Of a stretch of DNA of 64,000 nt, positions 27,251-41,934 are shown piece by piece. The DNA lies in assembly GCF_009914755.1 (NCBI RefSeq), contig NC_060928.1; one strand, written 5' to 3'. A program made the translations under genes and the position numbers. The notes under the pieces were generated by a model. The model saw only the letters and a list, made by a program, of their open reading frames with translations, did no database searches and was not told where the DNA came from. The stretch is from the human T2T-CHM13v2.0 reference genome, Homo sapiens. Positions within the stretch are counted from its first letter, which is position 1. Each line of letters starts with the position of its first letter.

Positions 27251-28408
27251 CTACTCACCACCCGCCATAAAACTAGATGTTTCTGTCCTTCTTCCTCTTC
27301 TTCCCTAACCTCAACTTTCCAAGTGTTTTGAACATCTACCAGTTTTCATAATTAAGTGTGCCTATAATGCCTGTGTAACTACTTTACTGCTAAATTTTGT
27401 TGAATATTTTAAACATCCTGTTATTAGTCACATTGAAGCCACTTTGAAGGTGAGAAAACAAAACATGAAAAACATAATTTATAAGAATAAAAGATTGAAA
27501 AATATTTCAGAATAAATCAGAAAAACAAAATAAAAAGCAGTTTATACTAGATAGGCAAAAAAAAGAAGTGTTCACTGATGTTCACAATGAAGTATTAAAA
27601 TGAGAATGAAAGATATAAAAAAACTGATGGAAAAATTGGCTAGACAGTACTCAAACAAGTCAGTGTAGTCATAGCAAAATGAGGAAACATGTTATTTACA
27701 TAATTTTTTATATAGCATGGATGTGCTTATCAGTGTGACTTTAAATATTAAAAGCATGAATTTACTCCCATTCAGCTTAACTAAACAATTTCTCTGTTGA
27801 TGGTTTCAATAAATTCTTTTGATTTATTTTTTGAGCCAAACAACTTGCCTTCTTTGAATTCCTGCTACTACATTTCAAGTCTCCACAATACTCATATAAT
27901 TGCCATGTAGCTAAATATTCATTCACACTCAATGAAATCTTCTCTAGCACTTGTAATCACTATCAATTTCTTTCCCTCACATGCACATGCAGAGATTCCA
28001 CTTCATTTATTCAAATCTCATTTGAGTTGATTTACCACCAAAGGCAAGGGAGATCATGCAGGAGAGTCCTGCAGTTTTAAAACCCAAAATTTTTTTTGGA
28101 TAACTGAATACAAGGCTTACAATCTTAAACATAATAATAGCTAATCTTTCACTTTGTGTCTGTACTGACAAAATTTATCTGACTTCTTGGAAACTCTCTG
28201 GATCACCAGTATCCTGTGTAGAGAATCACATTTTTTAGAAAATACCCAAATGTCCCATTGTGATATCCATGTAACCTGAAAAAAATTTAATTTTTTTTGA
28301 CCAGCACTACTTAGTGATGTAGACCAGTGTAGACCATTGATGTTTCGCAGTCAAATAAATCAGCTTGAAAAGATTAATGTAGTCACTAAATCCCAACACA
28401 GCTGTATA

Positions 28409-29068
28409 CAGTAGTCCCTCTTAATCTGTGCTTTTGCTTTCCCATGGTTTCAGTTACCTGTGGTCAACCTTGGTCTGAAAATATTAAGTGAAAAAAAAGA
28501 AGAAAGAAAAAATAGAAAATTCCAGAAATAAATAATTCATAAATTTTAAGTTGTGCAGCTGTTCTGAGTCAAGTGATGAAATTTTGTGCCATCCTGCCTC
28601 AGATTGTCTGGGATATAAATCGCCCAGTGTATCCGTGCTGTATATGCTACTAGCCCACTAGTCACTTAGGTGCCATCTGGGTCACCAGATCGACTGTCAG
28701 GTTATTGCAGTGCTCATGTTCAAGTAGCCTTGATGTGGAAGCCTAACACTACATCATTCCCCTCACTTTATCTAATCACGTAGACATTGTACCATCTAAC
28801 ATCATCACAAGAAGACACGTGAGTACAGTACAAGAAGATATTTTGAGAGAGACCACATTTACATAACTTTCATTATAGTATATTGTTATAATTGTTTTGA
28901 TTATTAGCTCATGTTAGTCTCTTACTGTGCCTAATTTTAAATTAAATTGTATCATAGCTATGCATGTGTAGGAAAAAAACAGTATATACAGGGCTTGGTA
29001 CTATCAGGGGTTTCAGGCATCCCCTGGGCGTCTTGGAACATATCCTCGTGGATAAGGGGGAACTATTG
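28409..29068 (+). mobile_element. MER44 (Tigger7-family) non-autonomous DNA transposon, both ends present
   Basis: TA|cagtagtccctcttaatc...ggataagggggaactattg|TA: terminal inverted repeats with TA TSD and typical MER44 interior. Confidence 0.9.
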
Positions 29069-30019
29069 TATTGCTGTTCTTGCAACTGGGACGACACTAG
29101 GAAAGTTGAAGTCATGGAAAGGATGTGACCATATCACTGAGTTGCCTACTGACTGTTCTAAAAAACCTTTTTCTTTTCTCATTTAGCGTGAACTACATTA
29201 AATGAAAAAAGAAAGTCTATCTAAATGTTATCATAAGAGTAGGGCAAACAATTTATTTAAAATATCAGCTTAATAATATCGTGTAAAAAGAATAAACTCT
29301 GAACGTAAGGCAGATCTATTTTATTTTTTCATATTAGAAAATGAAAGAGAAATGTTACCTTAAAAAAACGAAATGTTTTCTAGCCTTCTGACATTTTTCC
29401 AATTCATATCCCCATACAACTATTCTTCAAAGCAACACACAGAATTATCTGCAAGTATAAAACTACTAAAAATTACTTCTCCTGGGGATGAATGAAGAGA
29501 ATTTCTAGTTTTCTGAATATTAATGGCAGAGGAATAGTTAGGACATGTTCATTTAAAACTACTCTTTTTCACTAGAGATCTCAACAAAGTAAATAAAGTT
29601 CTATTCTACCTAGAAATCTCCTTATTCTCGCTGAAAAAACATTTAAGGCAATGCCTAATTCCACCTGTAATACAGAAGCAGCCAATGGCATATGCAAGTG
29701 ATTATTATTTTAGTAATCATCTATGCAGCAAGAATCCTGTTTATTTTGATATTTGGTATTTTGAAATTACTTGATATAGGAATAGTGCTACACTCTGTCA
29801 TTAGGGCACTGATGTATTTTCAACATTCCCTAAAGGAAAGCATGTTAGACTAACAGCTAGGAGGTTACTTAACATTTGGGCAGCTCATATATATTATCCA
29901 TTTGCCCTTGGAAAAACCACATAATCATTTTTCCTAGTTTGCATAAAATTACAGTGCCTACCTCTCAAACTCCTATGGGAGTTCATTGTAAACCCTCAAG
30001 TGCACTCTTTCATGGTCTT

Positions 30020-30195
30020 TTTATTTATTATTTTATCTTACTTTTATTTTTAATTTTTATTTTTATTGTAGAAACAGGGTCTCACTATGTTGCCTGAGAC
30101 CTTAAGGCAGGTCTCAAACTCCTGGCCTTAAGTAATCTTCCTGTCTCAGCTTCCCAAAGTGCTAGGATTAAAAACGTGAGCTACTGTGCCCATCC
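30020..30195 (-). mobile_element. FLAM_C / Alu left monomer
   Basis: gtagaaacagggtctcactatgttgcc...cccaaagtgctaggatta. Confidence 0.83.
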
Positions 30196-31039
30196 TAATG
30201 CTTCTCTTTCTTGATTGGCCTTTTCAATTTCTTTTCTTGACTCATCATTCTCTGTTCACCCAAAATGTGGTAAGTCAGCCCACAAGGGACCTTAAATCAC
30301 TTTCTCAAAAGCATTTTTTTCATTGGTGAGGTAATCCATTTTCCCATAGTTCAACTGTCATCTTTACGCCAAGGTCTAATAAATCCATCTCTATCCATCT
30401 CCTGAACCAGCTCTATCAACTGTTTTCATTGCAAAGCCCTTAGAGTTCAGAAATGCCAGGCTGAACTCAAGATTTTGTTGTTGTTCTTTAATTTTTAGTA
30501 ATTTTGTCCTTTCAAGATTTTCCATTTGAGTAGTATCATTAGTATTCAACAACTCAGAGTCCAAACCTCTGAATTATCCTCACTAACGCCTATTTTCTGG
30601 ATTAGTCAGCAATTTATTCTACTTATACCTTTACAATAATTTCAAAACTCGATCCTTACATTTCCACAGCTAGTCCCACTTAAGATCCTTTCTACATTCC
30701 ATAGGGATACTTTCCACAGTCTCTTTATTTGTTGGTTCACTTTAACTTGTCTTTCCTTTACAATGTTATCAAAGGCCACCAATGTTAAAATATACACTTC
30801 TGAGTTCCAACCTTGAACTACAATACAAATACAAATATAAATGAGAATTTGTATTTTTAGTAAAGTCCCCCAGAAGCATTACTTTTATTTTGTGATACCC
30901 AGTAATGTTCAATAATTCAAATCCAGTATCTTAACTCAGCCTATGTATTGTTATAAAGATGACCTTCATAAAATATGTATCTAATCCTTCCTCATTCAAC
31001 AGCCTTCTCAGTGCCAACAGAATAACATTTCTCTTGAAT

Positions 31040-34000
31040 CAATAACTAGGTGTTAGATGACCAAATTATACGGTGTTTTTCAAGCTATGAAACATTGCTG
31101 AAACATTCACATTTCCAAAGTGTGCAAATAATTGTGTACATAACAGTGATGCATGAAAGTTGCAGGTCCATATCCTCCTCCACTCTTTTTATCCTCGGCC
31201 TTTTTGATTTTAGCTGTTCTGGTAGGTGGCTAAGGGCATCTCATGATAGTTTGAATTTGCATTTTTCTAATGGTAAATGATGCTGGGCAACTTTGCATGT
31301 GTTTATTTACCATTCATAAGTCTTCTTTGGTGAAGTATATTTTTAATTCTTTTGCCCATTTTTAATTGAGCTGTTTGTTGTATTAAGTTCTAAGAATGCA
31401 TTATTATTCTGATACAAATCCTTTAACATATGCATATTTTATAAATATTTTCTCCCAATTCATGACTTCTTATAGAAGTTTGCCTGCTTTTGTTCTTTTA
31501 CACTGTACATTAAGGTTTATGATCAATTTTGAGTTAAATTTTATATATGTATGAGGTAAAGTTAACTGTTCTTTTGCTCATGGATATCCAATTGTTTCTG
31601 CAAAATATGTTGAAAATATACTGTTTTCCTCTGGCTAGCCATATGCAGAAAATTGAAACTGGACACCTTCCTTACACCTTTTACAAAAACTAACTCAAGA
31701 TAGATTAAAGATTTAAATGTAAAACCCAAAACTATAAAAACCCTAAAAGAAAATCTAAGCAATACCATTCAGGACATAGGCATGGGCAAATATTTTATGA
31801 TGAAATCACCAAAAGCAACTGCAACAAAAGCAAAAGCTAACAAATGGGATCTAATTATACTAAAGAGCTTCTGAACAACGAAAGGAACTATCAACAGAGT
31901 AAACAGACCACCTACAGAGTAAGAGAAAATTTTTGCAGTCTATCCATCTGACAAAGGTCTAATATCCAGAATCTACAAGGAACTTAAACAAATTTACAAG
32001 AAAAAAAAAACAACCACATTAAAAGTGGGAAAAGTACATGAACAGATTCTTCTCAAAAGAGACATTTATGTGGCCAATAAACAGATAACAAAAAAGCTCA
32101 ACATCACTGATCATTAGAGAAATGCAAGTCAAAACCACAATGAGATACTGTCTCATGCCAGTCAGAATGGTGAGTACTAAAAAGTCAAGAAACAACAGAT
32201 GCAGGTGAGGCTGTGGAGAAATAGGAACACTTTTATACCGTTGGAGGGAATGTAAATTAGTTCAACCATTATGGAAGACAGTAGCGTGGCAATTACTCAA
32301 AGACCTAGAACCAGAAATACCATCTGACCCAGCGATCTCATTACTGGGTATCTACCCAAAGGAATATAAATCATTCTATAATAAAGATACATGCTCATGT
32401 ATGTTCATTGCAGCACTATTCACAATAGCAAAGACATGGAATCAACCCAAATGCCCATCAATGATAGACTGGATAAAGAAAATGTAGTACATACACACCA
32501 TGGAATACTACACAGTTATAAAAAGGAACAAGATCATGTCCTTTGCAGGGACATGGATGGAGCTGGAAGCCATTATCCTCAGCAAACACACACAGAAACA
32601 GAAAACCAAACACTACATGTTCTCACTTATAAGTGGGAGTTGAACAATGAGAACACATGGACACAGGGAGGGGAAAAACACATACTGGGGACTTTGGGAA
32701 GATGGTATGGTAGGGAGGGAGAGTATCAGGATAAATAGCTAATGCATGCAGTGTTTAATACCTAGGTGATGGGTTGATAGATGCTGCAAACCACCCTGGC
32801 ACACATTTACCTATGTAACAAACCTGCACGCACTGCACATGTATCCTGGAACCTAACATTAAATTTTTAAAAAAGATATTGTTTTCCTAATGAATTTCTG
32901 CTGTGCTTTTGTCTAGTTATTTGAACATACATGTGTTGGTTTATTTCTAGATTCTCTATTCTAGTCCACTGAACTTTATGCCTTTGCTACACTAGTATGT
33001 TACAAAGGACGTAATACATTGGTATTATTTTTATTTGGAAGAGTAAATATATATAAGAAACATGTTTGAATTAATAAAAAAATCTATTCACATATTTACC
33101 ATTTTTGGCATTGCCTATTCTTTTGTGTACATTCAAATATCTCCTGGTATCATTTCCTTCTTCCTGAAGACTTTCCTTTATGATTTGTTGTAGTACAAAT
33201 CTGTTATGAAATTTCTCAGCTTTTGTTTGCCTGAACTCGTCTCCATTTCACCTTTATTTTTGAGAGTTAGCAGGATTTTTTTTTTTTCAGTAGCTTGAGG
33301 ATGTGACTTTATTTTCTTCTGGCTTGCCTAAAGCCTAATAAGAAGTCTGCTATCATTCTTGTTGGTGAACGTCAGAGAAACATGTGTCCTTTTTTTCTTT
33401 TATTTCTTGGTTGTTTTCACAATGTTCTATCTCTGTTTTTCAGCAACTTGATTATGATGTACTTGAGTTTATTTTTCTATATTTATTCTGTGTGGAGTAT
33501 ATTGAGCTTCTTGGGTCTGTAGTTTCATTAAATTTTGAAAAACTGACCATGATTTCTGCCAATATTTTTATGCTTCCCTCTCTCCCTTTTTTGTCATTTC
33601 TGTTTATATTCCTTGATTTTTCTTCTGGTCACGGATCATATTTTCCTGCTTCATGGCATGCTTAGTATGTGCTTGTTGGATGGCAGGCATTTTGACTTTA
33701 CATTCTTGGCTGTCAGATTTTATTGCATTCCTTTAAATAATGTTGGATTTTTCTATGGCAAAGTAAAATTACTCAGAATCAGTGGGATCCTTTCAAGCCT
33801 TGTTTTCAAACCTTGTTAGGGTAGACTAAGAGCAGCCTCTAATCTAAGACTAATTTAGTCCCGCTACTAGGGCCATACACTTCTGAGGACTTTATTCAAT
33901 TCCCGTTGTATTAAAAAGTCTTACCACTTTACTGGTGGAAAGATAAACTATTCCCGGGCCTGTGTGACCACCAGGAATTGTTTTTAAGCTTATTCCTAAT

Positions 34001-34380
34001 ACTTATTTCTGTGGACATGGGTAGCTTATTCGCATGCATACACAGATTGGTACTCATAAAGAGTTAAAGGCACTCATTTACAGATCTCCAGGGTTCCTTC
34101 TGTGTGAAGCTCCTTCCTCTCTGGTACTCTGCTCTGTGAATTCTAGCAATCTTGGCCTCCCAAACTCTAATCTCTGTCTCTTCACCTTGAGAAGATAATG
34201 TTTAGGTTCCTTTTTGCTACAGCCTAGGAACTGCCCTAGGAAGAAATCTAGATAGTTATAAGGATCACATAATTTGTTACCTATTTTCCAGTGCTTAAAA
34301 ACCATTATGTCTACATTTTGTCCACTTTCTTGTTGTTTAAGGTGGGAGGGTCCATGTTAATCCATCATAAACAGCAGAAG
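31040..34380 (-). mobile_element. Old L1M relic (ORF2 3' part, ORF1 and 5' region), interrupted by an L1PA
   Basis: gaatttgcatttttctaatggtaaatgatgctgggcaactttgcatgtgtttatttacc (antisense ORF2); ttcctgaagactttcctttatgatttgttgtagtacaaatctg (ORF1 region); continues on both sides of the L1PA. Confidence 0.7.
31631..32870 (+). mobile_element. 5'-truncated L1PA10/11-like element
   Basis: Degenerate ORF2 C-terminus plus 3' UTR atcaggataaatagctaatgcatgc...; TSD aaaa(t/g)ata(c/t)tgttttcct at 31613-31630 and 32871-32888. Confidence 0.9.
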
Positions 34381-35769
34381 TTCTGATTCCATAAATTTTA
34401 TATATAGTCTCATTGTCAATGTTATCTTACATTCTTATCTTTATTTTTCTTATTGTACAATTTTCTAATAACAAATTTTGTTTATTGTATACTATCTCTT
34501 ATTTCACCAATTAAATAATTACCATTTAAAGGCAATTATGAAAAACAGCAACATAATTTCTGTCCTGAAATTTCATTTTTATCTAAACCATTTATTCTCA
34601 AGTTTTCTTAGACTTCTAATACATACTTTTGCCAATCTTAAAAAAACAAACAAAATTTCTACTCATTAAGTTCTTTCCCACAGTTTGGGACTGAGATAGA
34701 CCCAGGAGTGGTTACAGTGAATAAACAATAAAAAAGTTATTCTCAGTTTTAAGTAATCAACATAACATTCTTCTCTCTATTATGTGTATCTTCAACTTCT
34801 TAGCACACTAGCTGCCTGGCATTGCTATTATAGAAAACAACATTGCTTGAAAACATCCTGATTGTATATGTTTCAGAATACAATAGTTTTTATTTTTCTT
34901 TGAATATAAGAGAACATTTTGGTATAGTATATTGAGGTTGAAAGAACAGTAGGAATTATAAGCTATGAGAATTTCTCAAATATGCTGTGAGTATAGCCTC
35001 TAACATTTACAATAAAAGCCATTATTTAACTATTTAACAAATGCAATATTATAAAACACCCCATTCTTTTAAATTCTTAGGTTGTAAAAATTAAGGGCCA
35101 TATCTATGTAGTATTTGTCATATAGCATCAAGTACGATACCACACATAATTAAGTGCTCAATAGTGCTTTTTGATGAGCAGGATAATAATGACTTATTAA
35201 ACAACGTCTATCAATCTCAATGGAATGGAGAAAGTGATGGGTGTTTGAACGCTAATAGATTTCTGAGCTATGAGAGATACGTAAACACTGTCCACATTCA
35301 GGCCTTTAAAAACATTATTTATTTTAGTTTGAATTTATTTTATCTATTCCTTGTTTTTTTTCCTTCATAGAATTGCATACTTTTAGTCTGAGAAAAAAGG
35401 AAATGCATTTTTATCTCACTCTATTATTAACTGTTCATACTGTATGTTAAAATTTTGGTCTATCTTTTGCCTTTTTTGTTGGAATTATTCAGAAAAACTC
35501 AGCTTGGCTTTTGTTAGATTCTTACACCATAAGATTATACTATTCTTTAATATTTTCATGAACTAATATGCAACAACCAAACCCAATTATCCATAAGAAG
35601 GCATAACAAGAATGTTAAAATTATGATACAATTTAATTGAGTTTGTGCATATTAGAACATGAAACATTAAAAGTATTGATTTTTGTGAAATTTTAATAGT
35701 ACTCCTTCCCTGCCCCCACATTTGTTTCCGTAGTCCTATGTACAAGCATCCATATAGCAATCTGAAGAC

Positions 35770-36020
35770 ACAGTATACTGGTCAGGCTCACAGAATCTGG
35801 AGCCAAAAACACAACGTGTGTGATTGTGAGTAAATTTAATATTTCTCTGCCTCAGTTTCCTCAACTGTGTAAACTAAGGCTACTCACAATACTTACTTCA
35901 TAGAATTAGGAAGACTACATGTTAAAATAATATTATCCACCTCATGGAACTCTGAAAATTGAAGCACTTATAAGAGTATCTCAGAGTTATTAAGCCACCA
36001 ATAAATGCTAGCTATTACTG
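35770..36020 (+). mobile_element. MIR SINE
   Basis: tctctgcctcagtttcctcaactgt...caataaatgctagctatta. Confidence 0.7.
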
Positions 36021-37509
36021 TCACTTCAACATCGTAATAACCACTACTATCGAGTTTTGGAATTCCTGGGAAGAACAGGCCTGTGTTTTATTCCATTTTT
36101 CTACCTTTTCTGTTGAGCACAGTGACTGTCAAATAGTATGAATTCAGGAATTATTTTTAGTTTATAAATTGTATGTGTTTGTCTCTACCAACAGTGTTTA
36201 TTTAGATGGATGGAATTTTGGTTGGGGAGCTCTATCCATGTGCCTTGGTTCTCAGTAGCAGTAGAGATGATGTAAATTGCCTTTGGATCTACAAATATTG
36301 CCTACTCAAAGACTCCTGGAATATGCCCTCTCAGCAAGTTGAATTTTTCTGTTGCCACTTGCTTTTCCCCCAGACTATATGTTTAATTGATAATGATTTC
36401 ATGGCTATTGTCTTCAGGTGCAATGGCTTACCTAAGAGGAGAGATGCCACCTCATTACAAAATAGAATACCTCCTTCTTCACTGCCCTGGGCTGCCCTCA
36501 GTCTTCCCCAGGGGCCCCAAGTCTACAACAGTAAACTCTTCCATGTTCAGGTGCTCAAAGGCTATAAAACCTTCACATTTCCCTGATAAGCATGAATATA
36601 GATAACTCCTTAATGTCTTGAATATGCTATATGGATTAGTCCCTAAGAAAACAACACTAGGTACCTATTTTCCAAACACGCAAGTTCAGAATCAGTAAAG
36701 GAAACCAGGGGACTCTCCATGAAGTAAACGTTTTTATTTTATAATCCATAGTATACAACAAGCCCAAAACTTAAAAACAGAACTTTTAAAGCTTACATCC
36801 CACTAATATTCAATTATATTTAAATTTAGAATACCACTAAAACTCTCTCTCTTTCATACCTGAATTCATGGATCATACTTTGTTCTAAACCATGAGATAC
36901 TAACAGTGCTCATAGACTATACAAAACTGTTAACTTAGATAATTCTTTGAAATTCCAGTCATGAATTCTTAAAAGAATGCATGGCTTGCAAACTTAACTT
37001 AAAAAAAGATCCTCCTAGTTTTAAGGACTGAGAGATTTATTAGTCGACTAAGCTTGTCTACTCAGTAGAAAAGAGAAAACATAGGGGAAAAAGTTGGAGC
37101 AATGCTGGATTCAAGGAGCAGAAAATGCCCATCCTAACCTCCTCCCACCACCAAAATCACTGCAGCAAGTTGTAAATGATGTATGAAATGACAAATCCCT
37201 GCCCAGTGCACAAGAAGAATATAAATACTGCTCTGTAATCACTGCAGTGGTGTGCTATTCGCTAAAATTTTCAGCTTAGGTGAACCCAGAAAAACCTCAC
37301 CTCATCTATAAATCCAAAAAAGAAATGAACCGAAATGAAATTATATTATTTTACTGTATGCAACAACCTCCTCTTTTTTCTTTTTCCCTAGTCAGAAAAA
37401 CATACTTATTGAATATCAAAATACTTAGGTATTACTAAGGCATTTGTCTAACAAACATTTTTTAAAAAAAACTTTTAAATAAGGAAATGTCAAAATCCAT
37501 ATATTAGAC

Positions 37510-37762
37510 GGAGGGCGCTAAAAAGAACTTCCATTCTGGAGTCATCCAGATCTGGGTTTGAACCCAGGTTTTGTTTGAATCCTGTATTTGACTCTAGCTG
37601 CATGACTTTTCACATTTTTAAAATTTCTCTGAGCTTTAGCCTTTTTCTGTGTGAAATGAAGATAATATGTTCTCCATAATTCTGATGATTAAATAAAATG
37701 ACATAAAGTGTGAAGCCCCTTGCCCTATTTGACGCAAAGTAAGTACTTGCAAAATTTGGGTC
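37510..37762 (+). mobile_element. MIR SINE
   Basis: ctggagtcatccagatctgggtttgaacccag...tgtgaaatgaagataata. Confidence 0.72.
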
Positions 37763-38937
37763 AGTATTTTCCTCCCTTTTCACGACAGAGGCATGTGTTC
37801 TGGCCTGGAAGGAATGCTGCATTTTGAACTGGAAGTTCTGAGTTTGGCTTTTCACTTTTTAATTTATTAGACAATTCACTCGAACTTTCTGAATAGATAT
37901 TAACTATTTTTTCATGAAAATAGGTATGTTTTCTCCTATGAGAATAACATATAAAAATGTATAAACTGCAATGTTAAATAAGCATAAGATATTATTATAA
38001 ATTAACATACCTGAATAAAAAGTATGGACATACATAAGATCCAGGTTTCTATGAATCTGTTCTTCAGAGAGGTGGAAAACTACACTTTTGTCTTACTCTA
38101 CAATTACGAGAATTTTCTTTGATCAGTTTCTCCAACGGCATATTTACTGAAAGTTTCTCATAAAAAATTACATGATCTCCTTAAAATGCACAGGTGAAGG
38201 ATGCACACATTGAAAGTGGACACTGGTTTTACATTGAAAATCAACTGTCACTTGTCTTTTTCTATCTCAGCTTTCTATCACACAGCGAGCCGCCCTCGTT
38301 AGTTCTGGAAGTTGATATTGAGTGTCTACCCCATGCCAGACTAGCTCTCCTTTCTGCAGATAAAGGAACAAGTCACCTTTGGAAAAACTAAGGCTTAGAT
38401 TATACTGCTTTTCAAATAACTGACACATTTGGAAATTTTTGGAACCTCTCCTCGGTAAATAATGTTGTAGAGAGCAAACTGAGGCAGAGGAAGTACCCCA
38501 CACAGACTGATGTAAATCCACATCAAAGTTCTGCCTTCAAATGAAGTGGCATTCCTATTCAAATGTAAAGCTTTATATGCATAAAAATTAGGTGATCACC
38601 AGAGGAAAATAAAGTAATTTTCAAAATCTAATTTAATTCACTTAATAAGACCATAAACCAAAGAAAATGAAAGATGCCAAGGAAAAGAGAAGATATATAC
38701 CAACCAATAACAGGTTTCATTTCCTACTAAGAAAAAAAAAAAAAGAGTGCTCAGTAAGATTTGAACAGAGAATGAGGCCAATTCATTTTGATCCTGTGGC
38801 AATACTTTGAAGCTTACTTTTTAACCTACTCTATTTTACATTTCCAGATGCTATGAATGGCGATGTATGCAGAAAGCCAGACCAATGGGAATTTGAGTAT
38901 TTCATTTTCCCAACTATAGTGATGATTTGGATCTTAC

Positions 38938-39115
38938 TTTTTCTGAAAGCATCTTTAAAGAATTCTTCAAGCTGTCTGGAGAATGCTGGCTTGCAGAATT
39001 AAGCAGTAGGTCTGCATGGGTTGCTATAAGAGGTTGTAGTTGATTGATGTTGCTGAGAACTTCCTTTGCTTTGGCTGTGTTTTCAGGTGAATAGTAAATA
39101 AACTGGTATCCGGTA
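38938..39115 (-). CDS. INPP4B: INPP4B internal coding exon, 178 nt
   Basis: tgcag|T ACC GGA TAC...TCA GAA AAA|gtaaga; translates [59 protein letters not shown]; frame continuous with both neighbours. Confidence 0.96.
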
Positions 39116-39489
39116 CTGCAACAACAAAGATAAAAATAAGTTACACAAACAGCATAATGAATGTTCAGCCCTTAATATCAGATGGCAAATGATAAACAGA
39201 ACTCCAAGTATCACTCTTTCCTATTGATAAGAACTGTCCTAAGAGATTTTTAATGATGCACTAGCAATTTTTATGTAAGGTGACGAAAATGCTTTTTAAA
39301 ACTAGGTAATCTTGTTTTGCTAAAACACTGGGAAGATTAACACTAATACTTGATGTGATTACATATATGTCAAGTATATGTAATGGCTCATGCATGCACA
39401 TATATGTAATCATGTATGTCAAGAATTAGTATTCAAAACAAATTAGTATTACTATTAATTCCTAATGAACTTGAGGCCACATAAGCCAG

Positions 39490-39690
39490 TGGGAAAAGAT
39501 TCAAGCCAATCTCAATGTAAATCCTGGTTTGTCACTAACTAGCTTGGTGACTTTGGGCAGCCTTCTTCCTCATCAGGAAAGTGGGAATAATCATCTAAAC
39601 CATTCTATGAGGTGTGTAACGTTAGTAGTCATTCATATAAAGTGCCTAAAATTGTGCTTGGCACAGAAATAGCATTCAATACCTACTACC
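39490..39690 (+). mobile_element. MIR SINE
   Basis: aatcctggtttgtcactaactagcttggtgactttgggcag...gtgcttggcacaga. Confidence 0.7.
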
Positions 39691-39937
39691 TAACATTTCC
39701 CCCCATGTTACTAGGTGAGGGGTGTGGAGGAAGTAAATTTTAATAGCTGAGAAATGAGGAGAAAATTAATTAATGTCAAGTGGGCACATGGACAAATTTA
39801 TTGGACAGAAAAAGGACATTAGTAGCAGAATGCTATTTCATAGTGTTATTTTATCACGACACTTTTTCTTCTTATGGTTTTCCACTTAACATACAAAGAA
39901 ATCTAAAATTGATTATTAACTAAAGAATTATTGACTT

Positions 39938-40222
39938 CTTTTTTTTTAAGAGACAGGATCTCACTCTGTCACCCAGGCTGTAGTACAGTGGCACAATCAG
40001 AGTCCACTGCATCATCTAACTCTTTGTCGGCAATGATCCTCCCGCCTCAGCCTCTTGAGTAGCTGGGACTACAGGTACAAGCCATCACACCTGATTAAAT
40101 TAAAAAAAATTTTTTTCATAGAGACTAGGTCTTACTATGCTTGCACAGACTGGTCTTGAATGCCTAGCCTCGAGCCATCCTCCCCTCTTAGCCTCCCAAA
40201 GTGCTGGGATTACAGGCTTGAG
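39938..40222 (-). mobile_element. AluJ
   Basis: Diverged dimer; TSD attattgactt at 39927-39937 and 40224-40234. Confidence 0.9.
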
Positions 40223-41424
40223 GATTATTGACTTTTATAATCATCATCTAGGAACTAATCAAGCACATTATGGGAGCAGGGATTCTTTAGAGTGAAGGAA
40301 TCTTTGATCCATTTCATCAGGAAGAGGCATTCCAGCAGGAAAGCTGCAAAACAGCAAAACAGTTGCCAGAAGGAAAGAAGAGGGAAGTAATGGCTCATGC
40401 ATGCACAAGATTCATGTAAACTTGCTTACATCCCATTATACCCAAATGTCAAGACATTTTTTCAAAAAACTTTGCAGTCGATGTTATTTACTGAATATGT
40501 CTACTACATTTTTATCAGCTCAATTATTTAAATTCCATAATTTTATTCCTCATCTTGAAACCTCAGACACCACTAAGAAAAACTGACATCTAGGAAGCAT
40601 GATCTGTTCTATTCTTCTCACACTAGTGATTTTTCAGGGGAAAATTATCAGAATCTTTAAGGAAACAATTTTTTTTTTGCAAACATATAATGAATATTCC
40701 TCCTATTTTATTTATTTACTTACTTAGTAAAAGATTAAAAGAAATGCCCTTTGAGGCTTGGGCTATTCAGAAGATTGAACAAGAAGTCAATGAAGGTATC
40801 AGATTTATGAAGGCTAAGAAACGCATTACTAGTTTACTTGTAGACTTTTAAATGTCAGAAGTTAGGGGCTTCAGATAAAACATACCTTAATTTGCTATCA
40901 TGTATGTCTTAATGCAAGTTAAAGTAAATGAAAAAAAAAAATTGCAAGGAGGGGAAAGGAAACAGTAGTCCTAGCCAATTCTCTATGTCTCTTTCTGGCT
41001 TCTTGAGTGGTTGAGACAGATCTCATGCAGGAGTGTAGTAAGGACTTTACAAAAGAAATCATGAACTCAGGCTGGATGTAAAGTTTAATCCGTAACAGAC
41101 TTTAATAAATCAAACAGCTCCACATTATTTTTGTAAAGAAAATGATTCTCTAAAGATACAGATGTGTCACCAGAATTTGAACAACTTTTGATACCCAGCA
41201 GCTCCAAGAGCAGAAAGCAGGACCTACTTACAGACCCAATGCAGAGTCATGTGGTCACTGCTATGTGATCCCTCTTTGCAGGTCTGCTATTCTGTGTCCA
41301 TCAGAGATCGCTTCCTGTGTCCTCTTATGGCTATTTACAGGCTCCCCGTGGCTTAGCCTTTGGAAAGCTAGAATGCTCATGGCCTTGTGGGGTCTTCCAT
41401 CTCTCTCTTCACATGACTGCTTTC

Positions 41425-41699
<275 letters not shown>

Positions 41700-41934
41700 T
41701 GAATGTGTCTTCTCTGGCCTCTCATACACTCACTTCTATCCATTCCATTTTACTCCTATCAATATTGCCTTCCTTCTTTACTATTATTCTTTCCCAGAAG
41801 TTCACTGTTACTATTTTCCTGAATATTACTACTTTCATTATCAAATTCCCTGACAGTCTCCACTCCATTCTATTCTAATTCACACATTTCTAATATTTAT
41901 TCTGCACATGTTCTTTATTCATGCCCTAGTTGAA

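Noticed and set aside
36206-36605. 126-aa and 72-aa + strand ORFs in apparently unique sequence
   Set aside because: No recognisable domain, promoter or splice structure; length is compatible with chance.
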